From NCBI GenBank assembly GCA_951406725.2, contig OX597826.1, positions 28,086,001 to 28,150,000 on the forward strand: DNA of 64,000 nt, given 5' to 3'. The notes below the pieces were generated by a model. That model made no database searches. It was not told the origin of the DNA and worked only from the letters and a program-made list of their open reading frames with translations. This document shows positions 27,679 through 45,511 of this stretch, piece by piece. Position 1 is the stretch's first letter. Every line of letters begins with the position of its first letter. The stretch is from Octopus vulgaris (lineage: Eukaryota). Position numbers and translations under genes: made by a program.

Positions 27679-27863
27679 GGGAGAGTTTACGAAAAAAACA
27701 AAAGACGAAGACAGGTGGTGTACAAAACAAACAGATGTATTAGTATAACGCTCAGGAATATAAAAAGTCTTTTACGCTTCGAACCTACGCTCTTGAACAG
27801 AAAGGGACACAGAAAAAGCAAGGAGAGAAAAAAATGTGTAGTGGCTAACGATCTATCATGGCG
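27679..27863 (-). mobile_element. Short dispersed repeat with a decayed minimal hammerhead (family shared with 56464)
   Basis: Clear homology to 56464-56651; inserted in (TATG)n/(TA)n. Confidence 0.8.
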
Positions 27864-27919
27864 TATATATATATATACTTATACATAGGTGAGTTTATGT
27901 GTGTTGTATTTTTTACTAT

Positions 27920-28153
27920 TTTCAGTCGGGGGCACCACCTTGAAGGGTTTTAGTCGAAGAAATCGACTCCAGGTATTTTTTTACACCCTAGTACTTATTC
28001 TAGCGGTCTCTTTTGCCGAACCTTTAAATTACCGTGACGTAAAAACACCAAGACAGGTTGTCACAAGGCTTTAGGCGCCCTGAGGTTATAGCATAAGACA
28101 CTTGTTCAAGGTGCCAAGCAGTGGGACTGAACCCAGAACCATGTGGTTTGGAA
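27920..28153 (-). mobile_element. SINE family A copy with internal deletion
   Basis: ggtctcttttgccgaacc...aaggtgccaagcagtgggactgaaccc. Confidence 0.75.
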
Positions 28154-28399
28154 GCAAGCCTCTTACCGCACAGTCCTATTGATGTCGCGATTAACATTGC
28201 TTGTGAGTATAGTTGCTATTTTCATCTCTTATTCATATTTTCTAACTGGCTACTTCGCTTGTTGTAGATGAGTGACCGATGGTCACTTAGTTTTCTATAT
28301 ATTGCGAGCTGAAGTAGACTCCTGTTATCTAGTTAGTGGTCGGGTTTTAACGACTGGAGATGGGCACAAGTAGCCCGAAACCGATTCAGTGGGAGGGTT

Positions 28400-28516
28400 T
28401 TAAGTCGATTACATCGAGCCAGTGTGTAACTGGTACTTATTTAATCGACCCCGAAGGGCCAAAAGGCAAAGACGACCTCGGTGGAATTTGAACCTAGAAC
28501 GTATAGACAGACGAAA
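28400..28516 (-). mobile_element. SINE family B body fragment
   Basis: taagtcgattacatcga.ccagtg.gtaactggtacttatttaatcgaccccgaa. Confidence 0.8.
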
Positions 28517-29355
<839 letters not shown>

Positions 29356-30099
29356 AGCAAATGGAAAGGCCAAAGACGTGAATGAGGACGGTAATGGCCG
29401 TTACAACGATTTGAATTTCACGAAGGCTGGAAATAAGAAAGAAAAGAAATGTAAAACAGAAATAACTAAATAACAAAAATATGTTGATACATTAATAAAT
29501 AAATAAATAAATAAATAAATAAAATAATAAATAAGTAAGGGAAAGATGAACGAAAGAAAGAAAGAAAGAAAGAAAGAAAGAAGGAAGAAAGAAAGAGAAA
29601 AGGAAAGAAAAACTTGAAGAGGAAATACGAACTGATGAAAAAGAGCTTGTGTTGACGTTGATATTTTTAAAAGTGGCTTCTGGACAGTGTAATGTCCAGC
29701 TGCGATTCCTTTTACAATGTTGCTTTGGCGTATAGCTTAAGCCAGTAGGCGCCCTCTTACTTTGGCTGAAATATGCAAGAAGTCGGCGCTAGAAAATGGT
29801 CGACTCGATAGCTGTATTATTCACTTCGAATGCATCATGCCTTTAGCTAAGATGCGAAGCTAGAGAACGGAAAAGACGAGTGGGAAAATGAAGGAAAAGA
29901 AAACAGAAATAATCTAAAATGAAATGCGCTGATGAGATACGAATTGCAAAAATCATTCTTGTTGTTGTTGCTGTTGTTGCTTGCGTCTCTTTTACCTTAA
30001 TAGATTCACGCAGACAAGTTTTTCACGTCTGTATCCACTAAGCACTAACATACGGTACTAATACGTGTAGATATACTTTTCTGCCTATCTATCAATCTT

Positions 30100-30235
<136 letters not shown>

Positions 30236-30311
30236 ACTATCTATCTATCTATATATTTATCTATCTATCTATCTATTTAACTATCTATCTATCTACTTCT
30301 CTCTCTCTTTG

Positions 30312-30351
<40 letters not shown>

Positions 30352-30353
<2 letters not shown>

Positions 30354-30794
30354 GGTCCCGGGTTGATTCGGGGTTAACCACAGTAAATAAGGTACTCAAT
30401 ACATAGCAGAGTAAAATTAATTTATTATATAGAAGGAGCTTCTACAGGACTAGAACTGTTTCATTCAAGAGAAATCTTCAGGAAGCTAGTTAACAAGAAT
30501 TGTATTGGCATTTATACATTTAGGCAGGTTTATAGGGGTGGTGGTGCGGGACTTTTTGGGGGTAGGCATAGCGCAAAAAAATCATACTTGGGGGAGTGGT
30601 CAAGGAGTCAGTGGTAAATTAGATAGAAGAATAAATAAAAGAATAAAAAAAGAATAAAATACAAAAATATATAGAAGAATAGAGTTTTAGGTAAATAAGG
30701 AAATTCTCAACACACACACATATACATACACACATACATGCACACACACCCATATATATATATATATACACACACACATATACATACATATATC

Positions 30795-30834
<40 letters not shown>

Positions 30835-31243
30835 CATACATACACATATACATGCATATACATATACACACACACATGTATATATACACACACACGACCA
30901 CACATACACATACACACAAAAAAATATATACATACACACACATACACATACATACATACACACACATATCCACATACACACATGCACACAAAACTCTATT
31001 CTTCTATATATTTTTGTATTTTATTCTTTTTTTATTCTTTTATTTATTCTTCTATCTAATTTACCACTGACTCCTTGACCACTCCCCCAAGTATGATTTT
31101 TTTGCGCTATGCCTACCCCCAAAAAGTCCCCCACCACCACCCCTATAAACCTGCCTAAATGTATAAATGCCAATACAATTCTTGTTAACTAGCTTCCTGA
31201 AGATTTCTCTTGAATGAAACAGTTCTAGTCCTGTAGAAGCTCC

Positions 31244-31252
<9 letters not shown>
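30352..31252. mobile_element. Insertion with 263-bp near-perfect inverted arms around a microsatellite spacer; hammerhead-like motif in each arm
   Basis: Arms 30426-30688 and 30990-31252, one mismatch seen; CTGAAGA-TTTC-TCTT-GAAT-GAAAC-AGTT-CTAGT at 31197-31229; (TA)n flanks. Confidence 0.8.
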
Positions 31253-31285
<33 letters not shown>

Positions 31286-31489
31286 ATATATATATGTATA
31301 TATATAGCAATAAAATGGTGATTAACGGAAAATACGTTGAAGTGTAGCATCAAATGACGTCCCTAGTAATTGATGTCGTCAGCAAACGGCAAATACAGGT
31401 GTAACTTCGAAGTCACTATCCACAGAATTATTGATAGCATACATATAGAAACTCGCATGCATAACCTAGTATACTGTAACAAGTAAAAG

Positions 31490-32578
<1,089 letters not shown>

Positions 32579-32870
32579 TCAATACATAGTTTCGTTCTGT
32601 TCATTTAAGTAAGGTGTCAAAGAACGTCTGATAATAGATGAAGATGAGTGCTAAGGTAGGGGGTTCCGTTCTATAGAAGCACAGGTCAATAAAAAGCTGT
32701 AATAGGATTGTGGGTTAGTCTTTACCACAAGAACGTCTGTTGGCAATAAGAGAAATTTAACGTACTCACACACACACACACACACACACACTTATGTATA
32801 CAAATTTAAGAATACATACACGTATTCAAAGCTAGATGTATACGTAACTACGTACCTGTATGCATGTATG

Positions 32871-32916
<46 letters not shown>

Positions 32917-33265
32917 TATACTCATTATATATGTATGTATGTATGCATGTATGTATGTATGTATGTATGTATGTATGTATGTATGTATGTATGTATGTAT
33001 GTATGTATGTATGTGTGTCTATGTAAATATGTGTACTTATATAAATATTAATATTTACCTTCCTAAATTCACTCGCGCAAACATACTGACTTATATATAA
33101 CTCTATTGTCTTGATTCACACACACACACGCACACACACACACACGAACAAACATAGATACATCTCTCTCTCCCTCCTCCCTTTCTCTCTCTCTCTCTCT
33201 CTCTGTCTTTATGGTTTATTTACTGAGACACACACACACACACAAATGCACATATATTTAAATAC

Positions 33266-33325
<60 letters not shown>

Positions 33326-34299
33326 ATATAATCAAATATATGTGTGATATATATATATATATATATTCATTTATATGTTCATATATATATTTATACACAC
33401 ACACACACACACACGACATACACATGAACATATATAGGCTACGCTGCACATTTAAGAGAATGCGTATAGCAGGAACACATAAAAACAAAAATCAATTTTC
33501 GAAAGTAGTTTCCGATAGTATCCTTTATGATTTATGTGACAATATGGTTTCCTTGTAATCTTTCTCGATAAGCAATGGCGATGGGTGTAGCAACAACATA
33601 AAGTCTTATACTCATGCCACACCGTATTCGCGACCCAGTTTCTTTTTCTCATTTCCGATTATAGAAGTCAAACTTCCTTTTGCTAGACACAGCTAAATCA
33701 TTTTGGAAAGGCATGAAAGTTACAATTTCCACTATCGTCCGTAAAATCCGTTTTTAGTCTTTTATCATTGGGGTTTTTTTTTATTTTTATACAACGTCGA
33801 ATTTTGAATAAGACGCCATTTTGTTATTTTTTTGAGTGCGATTCAAGATATATTTTTTTTAACTTATCGCGTATTAAATATATTATAAGAAATACTTAGG
33901 ATGTCTGGAAAAAGAAAAAAGAAAAATATTAGTTCAATGAGTAATAATTACCGTAATAATTTCTATAAAAAACAGTGGAGATGGGGAAGTAAGTAGTTAC
34001 CTGTTTCGAATTTATTTCTTCTCATCATCGAATCATAACGTTGTTGTATTTGCTAACTTAGCGATGAGAGAAACACTATGTAGATTTTTAAAAACGCTGA
34101 AGAAGTAGGCACGAAATACAAGTATATGTGTTTTCAAAATCGATGAGGGTTATTGTTCATAGATACATTCTTTTGTTTATTTTCTTTTTCTTGAGTACTA
34201 CGGTTTCTAACATCGGTCACCTGGGTTCCATGGCACATAAAGTGACGGAGCTGACAACATTCCACCCGAAAGAGGCGCCGGTCCGTTGTAGGGTTGAAG

Positions 34300-34502
34300 G
34301 CGAATAATTCTGAGTGGAGGGGACTAGTCGATCATATTGACCCGAGTAACTGACTCGTACTGTATCATATCGACCACGAAAGTATGAATGAAAAAAGATG
34401 ACCACGGCAAGATTTCAACTCAGAAGAGTCGTGGTGGTGGTGGTGGTGGTGTGGAAGCTGCTAAGCATTTTCTCCAACGCTCCAACGATGCTGCCAGCTC
34501 GC
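34300..34502 (-). mobile_element. SINE family B, diverged
   Basis: tcgacc.cgaaag.atgaa...caactcagaa...gctaagcatttt...ctgccagctcg. Confidence 0.65.
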
Positions 34503-34622
34503 AGTCTTTCTTCCAGCTTTCCAATATATTTAGTGGCACTATCTTTACGGGAAATAAAGGAAAACATTAGTTAAGTTTACGTTAAGATATTCAATGCATC
34601 GATTATAAAATCTATTTAGAGG

Positions 34623-34828
34623 TTAGCGATCTGTACATCATACCTCAAACATACATACTGTTGAAAGCCTTCTAAACTGGAGAACTCGACTTGAGAAAAC
34701 ATGCCTTAGAGGTGTATAGTCTTGAGGAACATTACACGTCTATAAGAGAAGCGTTTTCGAAACGGATACCGCAGTTTAAAAGGGTTTAAGCATTTTATAT
34801 GTTTTAGATATGATGTACAGATTGCTAA
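34623..34828. mobile_element. Foldback / MITE-like imperfect palindrome
   Basis: ttagc.atctgtacatcata.ct.aaacata... versus its reverse complement ending tatgatgtacagattgctaa; pairing extends over most of the length. Confidence 0.6.
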
Positions 34829-36544
34829 TTTTAACTAATACTGCTACCTCGTTAATAATAATAATTAGAGATGCTTATGCGGTGAAGAAAAGAAAATTTT
34901 AGTGAACTGGCTGTTGCTATTTTAAGAATTTAGATCAGTACAGGAGGGAACGTATGAAAAGCTTTGACTTCGTTCAGCTCTAAGGTCTTTGCATCAGCGG
35001 AAGTTCTCAACTTCATTGTATTGTTCCCGAATAAAAAGGAATGTCTTTTTTAGTCATATGGAAATTTTTTCTCACGAAAAAAGAATGGTAAATTTTTACC
35101 GAAATAACTCAAAACCTACGACCAAAACACTTCCTTAACATACAGTTAAAATCTTTCTTAAAATCTAAAGGATATGTTTTAGCATACTCAGTGGGAGTTA
35201 ACTAACACTAAATGATAACATTATTCTTCGACAGAATAATAAATAATTATCAATAACATTCGTATGTAATAATTATTATATCACTTATTTATATCTCCCT
35301 TTTTTAACTGTCATATGACATATTCAATGGAGAAAAGCTTTTATGTGTTCTCGCGCGACTGCTAGATGAGTTTTAATACATGAACGTTGACCAATCAATT
35401 TGTACGTTAACGGATAGCATTACCAGCAACATTCCTACTTCAAATACAAATTATTTTTGTAACAACGACCAGAACACATATACTTTGCGACATAGCTCCA
35501 TATACTACACGCTTTTGAAAATCTAAAGTGAAAAGGTTTCGTAGGCGTCTTACAGAGACCTATCCTTGATGATGACCAGTCCACCAAATAACATGGTGAA
35601 TAACTTTATTGGACAGGTCATCATCAAGATTTTACCCTGCCTTAAAATATCTGCATAAAGTTCTACCAGAAGATGGTGGATTTTATTATGATGTAACCAA
35701 TGAATGCCTCAGTAAGATTCTGCCGAAACAGCTATAGTAAATATCAAACCTTATTTGTGTTCCTCTTTATTATAACTACGCCACACTAGGAACCAGCCCA
35801 GACATACCATTTGGCTTATATTGGATTTGGTACTTACATATATACATACCTACGGTATATTACCAACACATGACAACTCATGCATCTTTTAACTTACTGT
35901 GAACAGGCACCCTATGAGTTGATAGACCTAGATTCTAATGAATCCTATAATTAATCTGTGTGTGCGTGCGTGTGCAGCCAAATATATATATATAATTATA
36001 AATAAATAGGCGGCCATCTCATCAGGTGCCTGGAGCATCTGATGAGGAAGATATTTCCTATGCGTCCATGAAAATTTAATACGCATTGCGCTGAATCAAG
36101 CTGTGATTAAAGATATATGTAACACCGTTCGAATGTATTGAGTACTACTCTCTTTGGTTGGTTCACTAACTCTTATAAACACAAAGCCACACATATGTAT
36201 GTGTGTGCGCTCGATTCTTGGAATGTGCATATGCGTTTGTAGGTATGTGTGTATGTGCGTGTTTGTAAGTATGTGTGGGGAATGGGGTTGTATTGTACTA
36301 AAATTACGCTTGCTAACAGGACGCGAACCATTAACAGATATCTCCAGATTGGCAATGGTATGTGTTTTGTTGTCTCCTTCTCCAAAGAGTGTCGGAAAAG
36401 TTTCTTAATACAGACATCAGTGGATTTATGCTACTACTACTACTACCACCACCACAATCCGCCCCCCACGACCACAACTACTAATACTAACACCTCTACA
36501 ACTACTACCTGTGATATAGTAGTTGTAGTGGTGGTGAATGTGGA

Positions 36545-36614
<70 letters not shown>

Positions 36615-37692
36615 CTTTCGCTTTCCTTTCTTGTACAAAGACAAGAACACACAATACTATGGTAGTAAATGTTATACACACACATACACGCATGTATGTA
36701 TATATATACATATAAATGTATTTTTATATACATATATATATATATTTAAACATATATATACAAACATTCATATTTGTGTATATATATATACATATATGTA
36801 TAAATAAATGTATGCATTTATATATGTATATATATATGATAAAGACATCTGTATATTTACACACATGTATGTATGCATGAAAAATGTATGCGTATATGTG
36901 TGTATGTGTGCATGTAGGTGTGTGTGTGCGCGCGAGTAGGTGTGTGTGTGAGTGTGTGTGTGTGTATACCAAGTCTTGGAAGTCAACGCGTCGTTCGTCG
37001 CAGAATAACACTTCTCTAAATTCATTAGAATAGGTTGTCTGTATATATAAGTCTGTATGTGTGTGTATGTATGTACATGCTTACACACATACATTCATGC
37101 ACACATACACACACACATACACACACATGCATACCTACCTACCTGCATACATACATATATATACACACACACATACATACATACATACATGCATACGTAC
37201 ATACATACATACATACATACATACATACATACATACATACATACATACATACATACATGCACACATACATACATACATAACCATCACATACTTGTGTTGG
37301 CTCAGTCGCGTAAGGGTGGGGCTGAGCGACTGAGCGGCTCTGCGGCTATGATGCTAGAGGGAAAAAAAAATTTAGACTTGCTAATCTAAATCTACCTTTT
37401 TTCGATCATAATTCATCACTTTCTTCCTTTCGTTTCATCTCTATGATTTACTTGGTCGAACTTAAGCCCTCGAAATGGCCTGAGTACTTACAGAGATGTT
37501 TGAACAGTAAACTATAAAGAAAAAGCTACAGAGCTGAAATGGTAGTCAGTAAGGAACTATCAACGGCGACTAGTGCTTTTGTTCTCAACGTGGAATAAAT
37601 ATTTCACATTCACTGTGTAGAAACAAAACCCTCGTTCTTCGCTTTGAATCAGTGTGTCAGCGCACATATACATATAGGTGTGTGTATGCGTG

Positions 37693-37750
<58 letters not shown>

Positions 37751-37863
37751 GTGTGTGTGTGTATGTGCGTGTGTGTTCTTATACAAACATATATACATAT
37801 CAATATATGAATATTATATATATATATATACACAAACACATATATGTATATATATATATATAC

Positions 37864-37894
<31 letters not shown>

Positions 37895-38164
37895 TACACA
37901 CATATATGCACTATATATTTAGATGCATATATGAATATAGATATTCATATACATACATATATATACACATGTATATATATACGTATATATGCATGCATAT
38001 ATAATTATATGTATATATATCTGCATTCATATATACATATGCATACTTATATACATACATGCAAACACACACACATATATATAAACACAAATATATATTT
38101 AAGCACACACACACATATATAAATTTATATGTATATATATATACATGTATTTCATATATGTATA

Positions 38165-38222
<58 letters not shown>

Positions 38223-38433
38223 TATACACACGCGCACACACACACACATAAACACAAACATATATGAGTATAACTGTTTATGTAGTATTGGGAATTGGTA
38301 TATGTACACATATGTACATACATACATATGTATATATATGTGCGAACCTGTGTGCATATACATACACACACATTCACATACACACACACATACTACTTTT
38401 TACGTGCACATATGCAAATTTACGAAGGCATAC

Positions 38434-38468
<35 letters not shown>

Positions 38469-38721
38469 AGTGTGTATGTATGTATGAATGTATATATATG
38501 ATGTATTTTACCAATGTATATATATAATGTATGTGTGTGTGTGTTTTGTGTGTGCGTATGTCAGTGCACGTATATATATTTGAATATATATGGATGGATC
38601 GATGTACAAATATATCATATATTTGATTTTTATCACACTGTTAGCCACACTATATATCTTTGCATCTATGTCAATATATATACATAAATATATCTGTGTG
38701 CGTGTGACTATATATATATAA

Positions 38722-38786
<65 letters not shown>

Positions 38787-38903
38787 CATATATACATATA
38801 TATATACTAAATGCCCTATCAATTCTATACATATATATACATGAGGATGAATGTATGAACAATTAAATAAATGTACTAGATATACATATATTACATATGT
38901 GTA

Positions 38904-38951
<48 letters not shown>

Positions 38952-39025
38952 CTTTGAGATTTCATTATACACACAGACACACACACAGACACACACACAC
39001 ACACACACACACACACTCCCACACT

Positions 39026-39069
<44 letters not shown>

Positions 39070-39527
39070 CACATACGTACACATATCGGTTTCTATCGCC
39101 GATATGTATGTGGATATTTGCGTCGCGCGTGTTCATGTGCGCATGTGCGTGTGCCTGAGCACATATGCGCGTATGTGTGTGAGTGTTATATCTATGAAGA
39201 AATAATGATAATAAAGTATGTTTCTATTGATATGTAGGTCTATAAACCCCAGATATACTCTTAAACATTTATTAAATCAATCATTCATAACCACAAACAC
39301 AGTATGTATACATACACACATACGTGCAAATATATATACATATATAAATATATATACTTATATACGTGCATAGATATGTGTGTCTGTGTACGTATATCTA
39401 TATGTGTAGATGTGACTGTGTATAGGTGTGTATATGTATAGGACGATGACCGTATGTATGAGTATATGTGGACTAGGTCTATATATGGGAGCACGTGTAC
39501 ACGCGTATATGTGTGCGTGTACGTATA

Positions 39528-39609
<82 letters not shown>

Positions 39610-39685
39610 TATCAATGTGTATATATATATATTTATATATATATACACATTGATATACATATATATGTATATGTATGTATGTATG

Positions 39686-39772
<87 letters not shown>

Positions 39773-39858
39773 TCTGTAGATATATATGAATATATTTTCA
39801 TACACCAATATATATATTTATACAACCGTAGTTAAATATATATTTACTTATATTCATG

Positions 39859-39892
<34 letters not shown>

Positions 39893-40401
39893 TGTATGTA
39901 TGTATGTATGTATGTATGTATGTATGCATGTATGTATGTATGCAAGCGTGTGTGTATGTATGCATGCATGAACTTACACATCGCTTTAAGTATATACACA
40001 CCAATTTTTCTATATATGCGTACATGTATACATAACGCAAAACAACTATTAAAAGATACTTTCATACACACACATACACACACACAACCACTCGGGTGAG
40101 CGTTTGACATACACATAGAGAAATACATCGGAGTGGGTGTTTAAATCAGTTCGTACTTCATGGTGTATATACTATGTCGTCTTATATATATATATATATA
40201 TATTTACAGCATTAATGTAGCTTTTTGATTTCATATAGAGCAATGAGAAACTCACATATACAAACATTCATACATACACGTACACACAGGTACATGCATA
40301 TACATATAAACATACTTATAATCATTTAAACTTCTGTATATATATATATATTTATATGTATATATAGGTATATATATATATATATATTTATATGTATATA
40401 T

Positions 40402-40445
<44 letters not shown>

Positions 40446-40523
40446 GCTGACTGTATATATACATGTATATATAGGTATCTATATTTATATATGCGTATAT
40501 ATATATCTACACACACAAACATA

Positions 40524-40691
<168 letters not shown>

Positions 40692-40844
40692 CTAGATAGA
40701 TAGATATATGTTTGTGTGTGTAGATATATATATACGCATATATAAATATATATACGTATACATACATGTATATATACACTCAGACGTATATATATATATA
40801 TATATATATATACCTATATATACATATACATATATATATATATA

Positions 40845-40895
<51 letters not shown>

Positions 40896-41436
40896 GAGAG
40901 AGAGGGGGGAGAGTGAGAGAGAGAGAAAGAAAGAAAGACGGATAGAGACAGAGACAGTCAGACAAATAGTTTGACATACAGATACACATACACATACATA
41001 CATACATACATACATACATACATACATACATACATACATACATACACATACATTAGCCAGGTAAGTACAAGGATGAACTGACAGCATGATGGAGACACGG
41101 GCAGAGAATAACAGAGAGATAGAGAGAGAGAGACGTAGAGAATGTGAAAGAAGCAAGAAAGTGAGAGAGAGAGATAGAGAGAGAGACATTGCATGCTTAA
41201 ACTTCAATGCATACATAGACGCGTATATACAAATGTATATGTTGTACATGGCTGCAGAAATACATTAATATAAATATGTGTGTATGCATACATACACATA
41301 TATACACGCACATATTTTTGCTTCCAATCACATATTGTTTCACAATGCTTAAGCTTAAGAATACTATCAAAGTATATCGGCCAGAACTCAGAGACCTTAT
41401 ACACACAAACATACACACACACACTCGCACATAGCC

Positions 41437-41623
<187 letters not shown>

Positions 41624-41989
41624 TATACATGCGCATACACGCACATCATATACACTTATATGCAATTATCTCCATGTCTGCACATATTGTTTTCATGTTT
41701 ATATTTACCCATATTTACACATACATGTATACATATACATATATATATATACACACACACACGCAGATATATATATATACATATATACATATATACATAC
41801 ATATATATATATATATATGCGTGTGTGTATGTATGTATGTGTGTGTGCATTCATGCATACATGTATGCGGACAAACGTGCATAGGATACGTAGCTTTACG
41901 TGCGTATATCTATATGTGTGGATGTGACTGTGTATAGGTGTGCGTGTATGTATAGGACGATGAGCGTAAGTATGAGCATATGTGGTCTA

Positions 41990-42038
<49 letters not shown>

Positions 42039-42104
42039 GCATGCGTACACGCATATATGTTTGTACGTGCATATATACGTGTGTTTATATATATATATAT
42101 GATT

Positions 42105-42161
<57 letters not shown>

Positions 42162-42201
42162 CATATATATATATACATATATATATACATATATATATAT
42201 T

Positions 42202-42281
<80 letters not shown>

Positions 42282-42579
42282 AATATATATATATATGGCC
42301 AGTTGAGATTTATTTGTTGGAAGCTATTTCAAAGTGTTGTGATGTTTGCGATGTTAGAAAACTGGGAAATATCTTTACGTGTCACTGATCCACATCAGAA
42401 AATCTCGCTAGCCATCACTGACGAGGTTTTTCTATGAAATCACGAATATTTCTCCCTGATATCACTACGAACTAACTACACTTGCCTTCACAGTTCCTCT
42501 CTCTATCTATGTAGTTTCATTGCGTTTATGTAGGTAGTGAGTGTGTGCGTGTGTGTGTGTATGTATGTATGTGTATGTA

Positions 42580-42622
<43 letters not shown>

Positions 42623-42833
42623 TTATTGTTGTTGGGTGGTAGTAACGGTGGGTGGTGATGCTTGTAGTGGTGGTGGTGGTGACGGTAGTGGTTCATTTTG
42701 CTTATGTTCTTGGCGTGCAGTGGCCTAGTAGCTGTATGGAGAGTGTTGAAAATAAACGTTAACCGATTCGTTTAGTAAATATGTAAATATATATTACGTA
42801 GATATAGATAGATAGAGAGATAGATAGATATAC

Positions 42834-42940
<107 letters not shown>

Positions 42941-43051
42941 CAGACAGACAAACAGACAGATACATACATACACACATATATACATATGTATATATATATA
43001 TATATACATATATGTATGTGTGTATATATGTATATGTATATATACACGTGT

Positions 43052-43095
<44 letters not shown>

Positions 43096-43302
43096 CTACA
43101 AACGTAATGCACATATAAATGCATACATATATGTACATATATGTATGTGTGCATATGCCTGTGTGCATGTATAAGTGCGTGTGTTTCTGTGTGTGTGTAT
43201 GAAGAAAGAGAGAAACAATGAATTGAAATAAGAATGTCTACTATGTACACGCATAACACGTACACATATACCTCCATATATATATATATAGATAGATAGA
43301 TA

Positions 43303-43336
<34 letters not shown>

Positions 43337-43372
43337 TATCTATCTATCGTTCTATCTATCTATCTATCTATC

Positions 43373-43444
<72 letters not shown>

Positions 43445-43647
43445 TGCGTGTGTGTGTGTGAGTGAGTGTATGTATATATATATATTATATATTTATGTAT
43501 GTATAAATGTTTAAATATAGGCATAATATATGTATATTTGTGTGTGTTTATGTATAGGTATGTATAGCCATGTATAGGTATGTATAGGTATGTACGTTTG
43601 TACAGAGACAAAGTTTGTTTGTATGTGACTGAGTGAGAGAGAAAGCG

Positions 43648-43717
<70 letters not shown>

Positions 43718-44727
43718 GAATACATATTACAAGTTTATATAAATCTAGAAAAAATCGGATTATGATATTCAATATGGCGTTAATATTATTTGCTTAGAAA
43801 TATATTTCTATTGGTTGAGTTTGGTAAATTTTATCAAAGAAGATTCTTTAGCAGACTGGATTCCTCTTGCCTTATTGATGACTAACTCTAAAAACTCACC
43901 GACTGCAGTCAGGTTCAAATCCCAGACAAACTAACAAGTATCATATTTTCTTCATTATTACTTCAGTGACGGTTTGTCTGTTGAGTCCTTTAGAGCAGAC
44001 ATGGGCAACATTTATTGAGAAGCGTGCCGCATGAGACATAGATCGGGAGTCAATGCTGCGTAATCTGATCCCATCTTTAGACTCGGAAATCTGACCACAA
44101 CAGCTCAGCGTCTTAAAATATATCTTTGGTGACCATCATGCAATGACATTCTGCCGGGTGATTTCTCTTACCGGAGAGGAGAGTTCCACCAACTCAGGAG
44201 TTACTGCAAGAGTGTCAAAGAGGGCACCGAACCGACTGAAAGACACCGCTCCCTTGATTTGCTGTTCAGGTTGACTCTCAAAGACCTATTCTTTCCCATG
44301 GCACTCACAAGACGGTGATGGTTCGTGCTTTGAGCTTCTTCCATTAAATGTTAATTAACTAATTGCTGAAGGCCTGACAAATGCTACTTCTCGTGGGGAA
44401 GAGGATAGGGACTAAGAGATGATTCGAAATCCCTCAAAGTCCTTGAACTCTCAAACCAAGGCCCTTCTAGCGAATGCAGTTTAATGTCATACACAAGACA
44501 CTCAATCCATGTAAATCTCATAGATATTGGTGGGGTGGGCTACGAAGAGGAAAGTATCGGCTTCCTTGCGGCTATAAGGGATTCTAGCTCTTATTTCTAG
44601 CTATGTAGGTACTGCCCTGCACCATCAGTCACAATTACTGACAATTGAAACTTTCCTGTTTGGTATTATATTGCGTATAGCTCCCTTCGTTATTGTGTGC
44701 GCGGATGGGGGTGAGAGAGAGAGGAGG

Positions 44728-45014
44728 TGGGCGCATGGCCTAGTGGCTGCACTCACAATCGCGAGAACGTAGTTTCAATTGCTAGGCCGGGTGGTGGTGT
44801 GGTGTTCTTGAGCAAAACACTTCATCTAAAGTTGCTCAGCAATCTCTTCTAAACTTGCATGTGATACACCGTGCACCTGTTCAGGCAACGTCGATTTGAT
44901 AGAGAGGGTGATCTAGTGTGCGGCACGAACATTTGATCCCTATAAACAAATCTTTTGTACAGATCGTTCGGCAAAAGCTGAACTCCCTTACGTCGTCTTC
45001 GACGGGAGAGTCCA
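44728..45014 (+). mobile_element. Third tRNA-derived SINE type; a related head lies at ~46035-46210
   Basis: gcgcatggcctagtgg A-box-like, gtttcaatt B-box-like, gtgttcttgagcaaaacacttca CORE-like block. Confidence 0.6.
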
Positions 45015-45041
45015 TCGTATATGTATATATGATGCTTCACA

Positions 45042-45507
45042 CTGAATCGTTATTCTTTCCAGCGTCGCCGTGAGAGCTACATCATTTGGACAATGTGGAG
45101 AATACACCACCAGCATTGTCCAGACGATCTTAACATTAGATTCAGAATTCATCCAAGGCTAGGGCCACATACCATGTGCCCCTTTCACAATTCAGGATCA
45201 CAACACATAAGTTCACTGCATTATAATTTCTTTTTCTCAACTGGCCCATGCTCTATTTAGCATTATCCCAACAGAAAATAAAAGAAGAAAAAGATCGAAT
45301 CACCTTGAAACGAAACATGGACAAATTTTTTTCAAGAGATACCAAATACGCCACCTATACATGGATACATCTCAGTCGACAACTCCCTACCTGAATGCAG
45401 AATGGTATCCCAAAACTTGACTTTAAAATAACTTAACAAATCCTTTCAGGTGATGCTATTAAGTTAGACATGGCCTCGGCCAATCTTTGTTATCTAAGTT
45501 ATCTAAA
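45042..45507 (+). pseudogene. 3' fragment of a CR1-group LINE (ORF2 C-terminus, 3' UTR, short tandem tail)
   Basis: LNRYSFQRRRESYIIWTMWRI...STGP, then frameshifted ALFSIIP.EIKEE...LKRNMDKFF.EIPNTP..GY...NSL, matching the L.SL.RRR / GP.LFN.LP / FK..LDKFL..IPD.P pattern; tail gttatctaa x2. Confidence 0.8.
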
Positions 45508-45511
45508 TTGC

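Noticed and set aside
33500-33830. Unique block with a GCCATTTT (YY1-like) motif as possible exon or promoter
   Set aside because: All frames are short, with no recognisable protein or convincing splice sites; a single short motif is insufficient.
36017-36085. ctcatcag/ctgatgag hairpin and other lone CTGATGA/CTGACGA boxes (29632, 29928, 42418)
   Set aside because: No correctly placed GAAA with stems I-III; such 7-mers are expected by chance.
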